A stretch of DNA of 29,102 nt, from NCBI GenBank assembly GCA_037128175.1, contig JBAXWY010000036.1, forward strand, positions 1 to 29,102. Reading direction: 5' to 3'. A program made the translations under genes and the position numbers. Below are positions 1 through 9,042 of the stretch, in pieces. This stretch comes from Methanothrix sp. (GTDB lineage: Archaea; Halobacteriota; Methanosarcinia; Methanotrichales; Methanotrichaceae). Every line of letters begins with the position of its first letter. The stretch's first letter is position 1. The notes beneath the pieces were generated by a model, which ran no database searches, was not told the DNA's origin, and saw nothing but the letters and a program-made list of their open reading frames with translations.

Positions 1-30
1 AGGGAGGGCACTTACAGCCTAAAATTAGGC

Positions 31-1059
31 TTATTTAAGCCCAGCTGTACTAGTAAGATGATTGGATAGGACTAGAAGCGTCTTCTCATCCGCTGTTCTC
101 TGGCTCTCATCCCTATCCTTCATAAAAAGAGAAACCTCATCAAGCAGGAGAAGAATGCCGCTGTAGCCCTCGGCCATGATGACTCTGGCCATGTGCTCCA
201 GGATCTCTTCCAGATCAGCCTCGATACGCGGTCTAACCTTCAGGTATTCGTCATAAAATCTCCAGAGTTTGTTGCCGCAAGATTCCTTGTATGCGGGAGA
301 TTTATCATCCTGAATCTCGCGGATGAATTCGTCAATTTCCTCAAACTCATCTTCTTCAAAGAAGCGTGGATCTCGGAGAAACTTCTTGAGATCATTTCTG
401 TATCGATCTAAATCGTCACGGATGAATCGATCTGCCAGCAGTTCCACCGGATAAAGGGAAATATTTTTCCCTGATTCCCTCTGAAGTTGCTCCTTTGCCT
501 CATCCAGGATGTAATCCAACAGGCGTCTTCCGGAACCTACACCATCAGCGCTTCTGCCACCTGATCCTACCAGTGTTTTCACGACGACGAAGATGCCCTT
601 ATTGGGAGCAGAGCTCTTGGCCTCCAGGCCTTCCTCCCAGAACTGGTAGAGTGATTCTCGCTTTCCCCGACCGGCCTTTTGCTCTTTTTCTCGGACCAGT
701 TCCCAGGAATCCTTCGAGCCAAGAGCTAGCGAGGCCAGGAAACAGAGTAAGTGAGATTTGCCCGATCCGAACTCGGCCTGGATCCAGTAGCCTTGACCAA
801 TAGGATCGCCCACCCGGTCCGGTCGGTAGGGGGCGGCCATCTTTCGGAAGATGTCATTCAGGAAGGGGCGGACGGGATCGATCTGAAACTCCTGGATGGT
901 TTTAAGCTCCGGTTTTCTCAGGCGGAAGACATCTGGGTCGAGGTGGCCCCCGGCCCAGACATGCTGCTCAAGAGTGTAAACGGAGATAATTTTATCTGGA
1001 ATCTTGCATATCTTGTCCAGGCTCTCCCTGTAGGTGAAAATGTCCTGCGTGGCGTTCAT
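31..1059 (-). pseudogene. BREX-associated P-loop ATPase (BrxC/PglY/DUF6079-like), apparently C-terminally truncated
   Basis: Walker A 'AEFGSGKSHLL' and Walker B 'ILLLLDEVS'. The ATG at 1059 overlaps the methyltransferase stop (ATGA). The ORF ends about 35 aa after Walker B, whereas BrxC-type ATPases are typically >1000 aa. Confidence 0.7.
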
Positions 1060-3639
1060 GCTTGCCATCCCTCCAATTCTATCTGTGACTTCTTCGCCCT
1101 TCGAGGCTTCTTCTCCGGCTTAGGTGTTCTGGTCAGCATCTTGCCGCAGATCTGGTAGTCCTCGTCCACATTCACCTGCTCCTCTTCGGTCAGGCTCTCC
1201 AGGTTGAGGCCGCCTTTCTCGTAGAGCAGTTTGCCCTGCTCGTACATGCCCGAGCGCTTGCAGTGGCGGATCCAGTCGGCCAGGGTCGCGTCGCCCGGCC
1301 GCTCGCCCGCGGGCACGGGCACGCCCTGCTCCAGATAGGCCAGATAGCGCTTGATCCTGCGGCTGACGCCCTGTGCACGCCCCTCTTTCTTGATCTGCTC
1401 TTCTTCAGGGGAGGCAGGCAGGCGGTAGGTGCCCTCATCGGTTTTGTAGAAGTAATCGAGCAGCCACTCGACCAGAGGCCTGCGCGGCTTGTCCTTGGCC
1501 GGCACGGCGTAAACATAGTGCTCAAATACATCGGAGTAATGGACGCCTTCATCCTCTGGCTTCTTGGCTTTGGCAATGAACCCTTTGATGATATCAGCGG
1601 CAGCGTCTTCTTTGCCTGACTCGGCAGAATCGTCGATCTCCGTCTCCCGCAAGTACCAACGGGCAGCGCCGTTGGCCTCACCTTCGGTATGAAAAGGCTC
1701 AGCCACCTGGGAAAGAAGGTCCTCGAAATTGTGGGACTCCATCCGGCCCCGGCGCACCATGCGACTGACAACCTCGTCGAAGATGCGGTCCTTGGTAGAG
1801 CCTGGATTTGAAGTGAGGTAAATGGTTATGATGTTTTTGACCTTGTCCTGGAAGGTACCAAAGTCGTCAAGTTCCGTGATTAACGGGACGCCTAATTCAT
1901 CCGGCTTGGGCTTGCGGAAGTTGATGATTAAGTCGCGCTTATTGACTTTATCTGCATTAATCTGGTTGAAGGATTTCTGATCAGTATCGATAAAAAGTGC
2001 TAAGCTTGACTTTTCTACTACAAAACCTGCCTCTGCCATAATATCTTGGAGCATTGCCCATGTTCCTTCAGACGTATCGTGATAACAAAGGGATATTGCC
2101 CTGCCAGGCTTGAGGACGCGGAAGCATTCAGCCATGGCTTTTCGCATGTCATTTGCCCAATCAATCTCGGTCTTTCCGCGAATATCATTGATAACAATCT
2201 CCTCATTGTGCCAATTAGTATCGAAGCCAAGCCAAGATTCCCAGACAAAGTTCAACTCACCATATTGTACATTATCTGCGTATGGAGGATCTGTGAAAAT
2301 ATAATCAATTGAATTATTAGATAGACTATTAAAATTATAGGCGTTTTCTGTTGAGATGATGCAATATGCATTCTGTAGATTGGGAAGGATAGTCTGGTAT
2401 CCTTTTAAAATTCTCTTGAATTTATTCTCAAAATGTTTCCATTGCGGTTCCTCACAAGATATTTGCGGCAGGTAATATGTTCCTGTAAGCAGGTAAAATG
2501 GAAATGTGGCGTCTGGCATATACCGATTCATTTTTGAAAGGCCCAAAGAAATCCCCGTAAGCGTGAAACGCAAAACATCCGCGCAATCCTCTTGAAAAAT
2601 AGTAGTTTTTATTGAATTGAAAACTGCAGCCAGCGCCCACAGGTTGCGCTTGGTAAAAAGATCCGTCAGCTTGCTCGCATCTTCTTGACGGAAATCCTTC
2701 TTATAAAGCATTCTGTATGGAATCGCCTTTGCTAGATCTGCTTCAGGATACCAGTGCAGCATTTCTTTTTCTTCGAACTTCTTTTCTATCGTTTTGATTT
2801 TGCCCTGATCGTATTTCTCAAAAAATTCCCGTTTACTCAGATCGATATCATCGTGCCTGCGCTCAGCTCTTGCCGGTTTGCAGCCATTCTCGCAAGATGT
2901 AGCTAACCAAAACAGGAATTGGTCCGAAGTGCTCCCCCGTACTCTTGATCTGCTCCTGGATACCACGCATCTGGCAGTGAGGGCAGACCCTAACCTTCTT
3001 GGGCTTTCCCGACTTGGTTCTCCCTTCCACCACCGTGCAGTCGAAGAGTGCTACCTTCTCCATGCACCTGGGGCACTGGAAGACCTGCGAGTAAACCGTG
3101 CAGGCCGTGGTAGCCTTCCCCCCGCATCGTTCACACCTGGTTTCATACAGCCAGTCGATCTCCGGCTTGACCTTTGCCTTCAGCACCTCAAATGCCGCCC
3201 GCAGTTCATCCACATCCACCGGCGTGCAATAGTTCTTGGTGATGAAGGTAGCCGCAGGCGAGCGGTCGATGGCAATGGCCTTCCTGCCCTCCATGAGCGC
3301 TGCCAGGGCTGTTCCGCCCGAGCCGCAGAAGGGATCGAGCACCAGATCGCCCGGTTTCGTGTAGTGGCGGATGTACTCCCGGATGGCGTCGTGGGGCTTC
3401 TTGGACCAGTAGGTGTGCATGTTGTAGATGGCAGTGGCCTTGGTGGTCTCGATGGCGTGGTCGAAGGCCGGGACATCGTACTTATCAGTCTCGGGATCGT
3501 AAGGCCGCTCTGCCAGGTGCGCTTCCACGAAGGCCCGCAGGTTGGGATTGGGCTTGTCGCCGGAGTAGTAGCCCTCGGGCATCTGAGGAATGCGTTTCTT
3601 TTGTGCTGGCTTCTTGCGGTTGTCTGTCCAGGTGGTCAT
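1056..3639 (-). pseudogene. Large DNA adenine methyltransferase (PglX/PglXI-like, with Zn-ribbon), split by a +1 frameshift at about 2894
   Basis: The N-terminal ORF (ATG 3639, preceded by AGGGA) has SAM motif I 'DPFCGSG' and CxxC pairs (CERC, CPRC, CPHC). The C-terminal ORF has motif IV 'DPPY' (2280-2291) and 'RVLKPG'. Removing one base from TAC ATC T TGC GAG AAT joins them as ...VSYICENGCKP... Confidence 0.85.
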
Positions 3640-3779
3640 GGTGAAGTCCCTGGTTGCCTGATGAGATTCCAGACGATAAGACTTTTGGATGATTATTCTG
3701 CTCATCAAATAAGCGCGATCCGCGAAACGACTAAATATAAAGAGCTATCAATTCTTTTAAGGTAAGTGGAGCCGTTTTG

Positions 3780-4235
3780 ATGCTCGATGTTGACCTGTCA
3801 AGAGAAGAGGCTGATGCTATCTACGAAGCGCCCAAGTATGTAGACTCCAATGCGGTATCCTGGGAGATGACAGAAGGCAATTCCCAACGGATCAATATAT
3901 CTCTGACAACGGAAGACGGGACTCCTCTGCGAATCAGGGGCTGGTATAGCTGGGGTGGATCAATGAGATACGGATTCTCGCTCCTCTTCAAGAATACCAT
4001 CGTTATCAGACGCTGGGACAACAAATTGGGCCACAAAGATCCTGTAACCAGGAGCGAAACTACAGGACCTCACAAGCACTACCACGATCCGATTTATGCA
4101 GACTCACGATGTTATGAGACAAACGATGTTAGAACTGGCGATGTCAATGGCGCTCTATTTGACTTTATGAAGGAGTGCCATGTATCGATAGAAGGAATCG
4201 ATTATCAGTCATTGGGGGAATACCATGGAGTGTGA
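3780..4235 (+). CDS. Hypothetical His-motif protein (DUF6978/DUF6516-like)
   Basis: Intact ORF of about 151 aa with 'RRWDNKLGHKDP...GPHKHYH'. It overlaps the next gene by 11 nt. Family assignment is by motif recollection. Confidence 0.65.
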   Translation: MLDVDLSREEADAIYEAPKYVDSNAVSWEMTEGNSQRINISLTTEDGTPLRIRGWYSWGGSMRYGFSLLFKNTIVIRRWDNKLGHKDPVTRSETTGPHKHYHDPIYADSRCYETNDVRTGDVNGALFDFMKECHVSIEGIDYQSLGEYHGV

Positions 4236-4992
4236 AGAGATAGTCCGGCTTTATTTCGAAGGTATGAGAGATAGATTCTCTGTTGAAGCCACGGAAGATG
4301 GCTGCATCATTCGCACTCCCTACCAGGACCCGGATAATGATCCTATCAGCATTCACGTGAAAAAAGATGACAACTGCTTCCGGATATCAGACCAGACTCA
4401 GGCCATGGAGTTTCTATTCCTTCACGGCATAGATATCAGGCCAAAGTCCAAGCAGAGATGGCACTTCGACTCCATTCTAAGAAGGTTAGATGTCGATACG
4501 GCTGCAAATGAGCTGTACTTAGAAGTCCAGAAGGATGATCTAGCCGATGGCATAGCACGACTCATTGATGCCGTAAAATCAGCCGAGCATCTGGTTTACA
4601 CAGCAAAGACACGAAGCCAGCTGGATTTCGGAGAAGAAGTGGCCATCTGGCTAAGCAGCAACCAGATAATCTCGGATAGGAGAAGGGAGTTCATAGGAGC
4701 TTCAGGCAAGCAGGTACCTGTGGACTTTATAATTTCGCGCAAGAAAAAAGTGCCTGCCTTTTTGTATTCGCTCCATGCGGAGAGTCCAGGATACGCAAAC
4801 GGATTGGTAAATAAAACCATCGTAGCATGGATAGAACTGCGAGACGCCGGAATTCAATTCGATTCTGTCTGTCTTCTTGACGATACGGTAGAAGAAGATG
4901 TATGGAGAGAGCCTTATCCGAAACTGAAGAGACTCACAAGTACAGTAGCTTTCTGGGAGGAGAGGGATGAACTGCTGGAGGCGCTCGCTTGA
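4225..4992 (+). CDS. DUF1828/DUF1829-like protein (chaperone-like N-terminal domain plus restriction-endonuclease-like C-terminal domain)
   Basis: N-terminal 'IRTPYQDPDNDPISIHV...FRISD' matches the DUF1828 pattern. C-terminal 'IGASGKQVPVDFII...LLDD' resembles the GxSG..xDF motif of PD-(D/E)XK/Mrr-like folds. Confidence 0.75.
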   Translation: MECEEIVRLYFEGMRDRFSVEATEDGCIIRTPYQDPDNDPISIHVKKDDNCFRISDQTQAMEFLFLHGIDIRPKSKQRWHFDSILRRLDVDTAANELYLEVQKDDLADGIARLIDAVKSAEHLVYTAKTRSQLDFGEEVAIWLSSNQIISDRRREFIGASGKQVPVDFIISRKKKVPAFLYSLHAESPGYANGLVNKTIVAWIELRDAGIQFDSVCLLDDTVEEDVWREPYPKLKRLTSTVAFWEERDELLEALA

Positions 4993-5039
4993 TCGCCTTC
5001 AGATCAATTATGTGATTATCAATCAGTTCTGAGAACGCG

Positions 5040-5570
5040 TTATGCTCGCTCGTTCAGGCTCCATATGTGATCATCTGCAATGAGGTTGGTGGGTAGCAAG
5101 TAGCTGTCTTCGCCGGACTCGGAGAACATGATTATCTTGTCGCCAGCCCGCCTTCCAGGCAAGAGAAGTATCACTCTCTTCTGGTCCGTGGACAGAGTGC
5201 GGAGAGGATTCAGGTCCACGTCATAGGCGAAGAGAAGTTCCAGGTTAGAAAGCACTACGAGACCGTCTTCCATAAGCTTTTGGCGCAAAAACTTCTCAAA
5301 GGCCCGGTAGATATGAGCTCGGGTAGGCTCGGGCTTCCTGGCCTCGCTCTCAACGAGCTTTTTGAACTCGTCGTCCGGGATAGCACTGAGTATTCCTTTG
5401 TTTACCGAAGTTGGGGCTGGGAAGGGCTGGCCGTCAGAGGTCTTCGCCTCCTGGAGACGGAAAGCAAACCGCTCCAGGGCGCTGTAAGAACCGACTATGC
5501 CATACAGATGTCTCCCTACATCAACTGAAAGCTTGGCTATAATGGCCTCAATAATTTCCGTATCCCTTAT
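5040..5570 (-). CDS. BrxB/BrxF-like small protein (176 aa); canonical start codon missing (ATA)
   Basis: The frame stays open 94 codons upstream of the tracked TTG: IRDTEIIEAIIAKLSVDVGRHLYGIVGSY...SVNKGIL...LVVLSNLELLFAY...VILLLPG. A GGGAGGGA RBS-like sequence lies upstream of the ATA at 5570. The gene sits directly after the BrxA-like gene. Confidence 0.6.
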   Translation of the reverse strand: MRDTEIIEAIIAKLSVDVGRHLYGIVGSYSALERFAFRLQEAKTSDGQPFPAPTSVNKGILSAIPDDEFKKLVESEARKPEPTRAHIYRAFEKFLRQKLMEDGLVVLSNLELLFAYDVDLNPLRTLSTDQKRVILLLPGRRAGDKIIMFSESGEDSYLLPTNLIADDHIWSLNERA

Positions 5571-5657
5571 GCCTGCATCCCTCCCAACTGATCTTTAATT
5601 CTCTTCATGCATTGAAGTAATAAGTCCTTTAAGCGGTCTTCGGTCGGACAAAATATA

Positions 5658-6815
5658 TTATTGCATTATTCTTTCCGTCCCCAAGTATTCGATAAGTTCC
5701 TCTAGAGTGAACTTGGTAGTGAACTGCCTGAATCTGTCTATCTCTGAGACCTTTGCCAGGATGCCCTGATTCCTCAGTTCATATAGCCCGGCAAGCAGCT
5801 TATCTGGATTCCAGAGCATTGATTTTATAGCTTGATTCTGCTCCACATTTGATATCTCGTACATCCCAGGCTGTGGAAATTCGCTGTGGATCACAAAAGC
5901 CAGGGAGGCCGTCAATGGATCGCGATAGCCAAAACTGATTATCTTTCGGTCTGATCGAGCTAGGCCGCCAGCTACAAGAGAACTTACAATGGCCTGGGCG
6001 GACATATTGATAACATTGGCAGAGGGGTAACGTGCTGCCAGATATTCTCTTATCTTCAATCTGTCGAGCCGGCCATAACCGACGGCCGGCATCAACAGGT
6101 CATTAAAGATGGAGAGCATCAAAGGCTCTGCCTTGCAGAACCGGTAAAAGCAAGCATCTCGAAGCTCCTGGCGCCCCGAATAAATCTTGGCAAAAGATCT
6201 CAGCGCCCCATCCGCCTTGCCATCAGGAAACAGCCTGTTCACGATGTAGGGAACGTATCTATCTTTGGTGTTCTGGCCGCTGAAGGGCAAGTTCTCCTTG
6301 AGGAAAGCTCTTATTATGCCGATATCTTCCGTATCAGGCAGCCTGGGAAGAATCTCAATGGCTTCTTTTAGAACCGAATTGGTAAAAAGATCGCTCTTGC
6401 GCCGGGCAATATTTGCTTTGCGCAATTGCGTCTCTTTCTTCGATGGCAATATGGGCTCTTGATCTGACAATGGTTGAAACTTACTTAGGCTTTTTTGCGG
6501 CTTCTCAAAAACTTCTTTTTGTTGATCCTTGGCAGTTTCATTGGCGCGAAGATATCCTACGAGCTTTAGGAGCGTTGCGGTATATGATTTCACTCCCTTT
6601 ACCCGGCATAGAGCATCAAAATCAGAGGACAAAACGCCATCCAATCCTCCAAATTCTAAGATGAGCTTTTTAGCCAAAGGCTCAGGATTTCCTCTGCTCA
6701 GGGCATAGCTCAAAAGCAACTCAAGGAGTGCCTCATCCGTGAGTGCATTTGTCTCTCCTGAGAAAAAGTCATATCTCAGCTTCTGCCTTAGCCCTATCTC
6801 GCTTTTCTCAGCCAT
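5658..6815 (-). CDS. Fusion of a RadC/UPF0758 N-terminal HhH domain and a BrxA (DUF1819)-like domain
   Basis: Residues ~8-90 'LRQKLR...ALTDEALLELLLSYAL...LAKKLILEFGGLDGVL...LCRVKGV' match the RadC N-terminus, with no JAB HxHPSG motif. A low-complexity linker follows, then a ~240-aa helical domain resembling BrxA. Confidence 0.7.
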   Translation of the reverse strand: MAEKSEIGLRQKLRYDFFSGETNALTDEALLELLLSYALSRGNPEPLAKKLILEFGGLDGVLSSDFDALCRVKGVKSYTATLLKLVGYLRANETAKDQQKEVFEKPQKSLSKFQPLSDQEPILPSKKETQLRKANIARRKSDLFTNSVLKEAIEILPRLPDTEDIGIIRAFLKENLPFSGQNTKDRYVPYIVNRLFPDGKADGALRSFAKIYSGRQELRDACFYRFCKAEPLMLSIFNDLLMPAVGYGRLDRLKIREYLAARYPSANVINMSAQAIVSSLVAGGLARSDRKIISFGYRDPLTASLAFVIHSEFPQPGMYEISNVEQNQAIKSMLWNPDKLLAGLYELRNQGILAKVSEIDRFRQFTTKFTLEELIEYLGTERIMQ

Positions 6816-6954
6816 CCGTCCCTCATTAAGGCCATTAGAGATAAAGCCAAATTAAATTATTGGTCAAGACTGCATTCCAGAGAATCCTGTAACGAAGAGT
6901 AGTCATTGCTCTAATTTGGCCTTTTAGCGGATAGCCATTAGCCCATTTCGTGAC

Positions 6955-7638
6955 CTAAACCTTCCGCCCTCTCCGCACGCCCTTCCTCACAATCGTGTAA
7001 ATGGACTGCACGGTATTCCCGATAAAGAACCGCGGCGGCGTCCGCTTGCCCACCACCCGTGTCTGCCCGGCCCGGATGGCCGCCACTACCTCCTCTGCGT
7101 TTGCCGCCTCGATCTCCGTCACACCCAGCCCGACCGTGGCGGCAAAGTGCGAGTCGCTTCCCGCCACCATGGGCAGGTCTAGCTTCTTGGCGTTCCTCCG
7201 GGCCCTTGCGTTGGCTATGCCGAAGAGGTGCTTGGAGTTGTAGACCTCCACGGCATCGCAATCCGGTATGCGTCCGATGGCATGCCGGAAGGGATGGTAA
7301 GGATGGGGAACGATGGTGATGCCACCTTGCTCGCGGGCCATCTCGGACGTCTCTTCCGGGCTCCTGCCCCGGGACGGCAGCTCCTGCACGCCCAAAACCA
7401 ACAGGTGGCCCTCGGCGGTGGTGACCTCTCCTCCCGGTATGAGAATCAGGTCGAGCCTCTCTTCCCGGATGATCTTCATGGCTTTTAGAGAGCCCTGCAG
7501 GGTGTCGTGATCGGTTATGGACAGGCCGGCCAATCCGCGGCGCACGGCGGCGCGGAGAATGGTCCTGACCTCATCGCGGCCGTCGGAACAGTTGGAATGC
7601 ACATGCAGATCAAATCTCATCTTCGCCAGGGGCTCCAT
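6955..7638 (-). CDS. PHP-domain phosphoesterase
   Basis: Motifs 'DLHVHS', 'ITDHD', 'GGEVTT..GHLL', 'HPY', 'GSDSH'. Confidence 0.92.
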   Translation of the reverse strand: MEPLAKMRFDLHVHSNCSDGRDEVRTILRAAVRRGLAGLSITDHDTLQGSLKAMKIIREERLDLILIPGGEVTTAEGHLLVLGVQELPSRGRSPEETSEMAREQGGITIVPHPYHPFRHAIGRIPDCDAVEVYNSKHLFGIANARARRNAKKLDLPMVAGSDSHFAATVGLGVTEIEAANAEEVVAAIRAGQTRVVGKRTPPRFFIGNTVQSIYTIVRKGVRRGRKV

Positions 7639-7656
7639 TGTCTCAATTACATTCTT

Positions 7657-7752
7657 GTTAGTCGCTCTGTGCGTTCTCTGTGAGCTCTGTGTCTCTGTGG
7701 TGGAATCGTCGTTAGCCGCTGGTTATAGCCAAAACGGTTACAGACTACTACC
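7657..7752. repeat. CTCTGTG-heptamer repeat element, copy A (left arm plus spacer)
   Basis: 7657-7732 matches 16793-16868 at 68/76 positions without gaps and contains four CTCTGTG units. Confidence 0.85.
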
Positions 7753-9001
7753 CGCTAATTTCTGGCACAACCAGATAGCCGCTCAGTGCCGAGGCCGCCG
7801 CTGTGGCTGGGCTGGCTAGATAAACCAGTCCTCCTTTGCCCATCCGCCCTGGAAAATTGCGGTTGGAGGTGGAGACGCAGACTTCCCCCTCCGCCAAGAC
7901 GCCCATGTGCGCACCCAGGCAGGGCCCGCATCCCGGCGGACCGATCATCGCCCCCGCTTCCACCAGCGTCTGGATGATGCCGCTTTGCAATGCCGCCAGC
8001 AGAACCTCTCGAGAGGCAGGGATGACCAGAGTTCTCGCGATAACCCGCTTTCCCTTCAAAATGCGCGCGGCGACTGCCAGATCCTCCAGCCTTCCGTTGG
8101 TGCAGGTGCCTATGAAGACCTGATCAACCTCCAGGCCATCCAGCTCCGAGACAGGCCGAACATTGTCCACCCGGTAGGGTACGGCTACCTGCGGCTCTAG
8201 ATCAGTTATATCGTATTCGTATTCATAATCGTATGAACCGGGATCGGAGAACACCGGCTTGTAAGGCTGGCGCGCCCGGCCCGCCAGCCAGGCATCCGTC
8301 TTTTTGTCGGGCGGAACTATTGTGGCCTTGGCCCCCATCTCCACGCCCAAATTGCACAGCGTCATCCTGCCGGATATGCTCAGATCCTCAATGACCGGTC
8401 CGATGTACTCGACGGTCTTGTAGGTCGCCCCGTCAGCGCCCTGCTTGCCTATTATCATGAGCGCAATGTCCTTGGCGTATACGTTGGGCTTAAGCCTGCC
8501 GGACACCCGCACGGCTATGGTCTCAGGCACCTTAAACCACAAACGCCCCCTCGAATAGATCTCGGCCATGTCCGTGGCCCCCACGCCCGTGCCAAACGCC
8601 CCCAGGGCCCCATAGGTGCAGGAATGAGAATCGGCCCCTACCAACAGGAGTCCGGGCAAGGCAAATCCCTGCTCGGGAAAGACCTGGTGGCATACTCCTG
8701 AGCCGCAGTCAAAAAAGTTGCTGATATTCTGCTCTTTCGCCCAGGCCCGCACATCCTTTTGTAGCTCAGCCGCCGTCTCATTATTGGCAGGAACGATATG
8801 ATCGAAGGGTATGACAATCCTTTCCGGGTTCCATACCTTCTCCGAGCCCATTTCCTGGAAAGCCTTGATGGCCAGGACACTTGTTCCGTCATGAGACATG
8901 ACGTAATCCACGCCTGCCTCAAGAATCTCCCCCGGCTCCACCAAATTAGCGGAACCGGAGGCCCGTGAAAAGATTTTTTGGCTTATCGTTCCAGTCGCCA
9001 T
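7748..9001 (-). CDS. 3-isopropylmalate dehydratase/homoaconitase family large subunit (LeuC/HacA)
   Basis: Motifs 'DHIVP', 'GVCHQ', '[11 protein letters not shown]', 'IGTCTNGR', 'GCGPCLG', '[12 protein letters not shown]'. Confidence 0.95.
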   Translation of the reverse strand: MATGTISQKIFSRASGSANLVEPGEILEAGVDYVMSHDGTSVLAIKAFQEMGSEKVWNPERIVIPFDHIVPANNETAAELQKDVRAWAKEQNISNFFDCGSGVCHQVFPEQGFALPGLLLVGADSHSCTYGALGAFGTGVGATDMAEIYSRGRLWFKVPETIAVRVSGRLKPNVYAKDIALMIIGKQGADGATYKTVEYIGPVIEDLSISGRMTLCNLGVEMGAKATIVPPDKKTDAWLAGRARQPYKPVFSDPGSYDYEYEYDITDLEPQVAVPYRVDNVRPVSELDGLEVDQVFIGTCTNGRLEDLAVAARILKGKRVIARTLVIPASREVLLAALQSGIIQTLVEAGAMIGPPGCGPCLGAHMGVLAEGEVCVSTSNRNFPGRMGKGGLVYLASPATAAASALSGYLVVPEISG

Positions 9002-9042
9002 TTTTATCGCCCGCCTCAGGGCTTAAACGGCGATCCTATCAC

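Noticed and set aside
2878-3765. 295-aa plus-strand ORF, and similar long antisense ORFs such as 13750-14319, 14246-14917, 18731-19291 and 25673-26167
   Set aside because: They are antisense shadows of well-supported GC-rich genes and have no recognisable motifs.
6955-7638. PHP hydrolase as a member of the defence island
   Set aside because: It is a short stand-alone PHP of the common archaeal type, follows the acl/leuC genes, and is separated from the island by a 139-nt AT-rich spacer.
7657-7732. CTCTGTG repeats as a CRISPR array
   Set aside because: The units are 7 nt with 1-4 nt gaps, with no 30-40 nt spacers and no cas genes.
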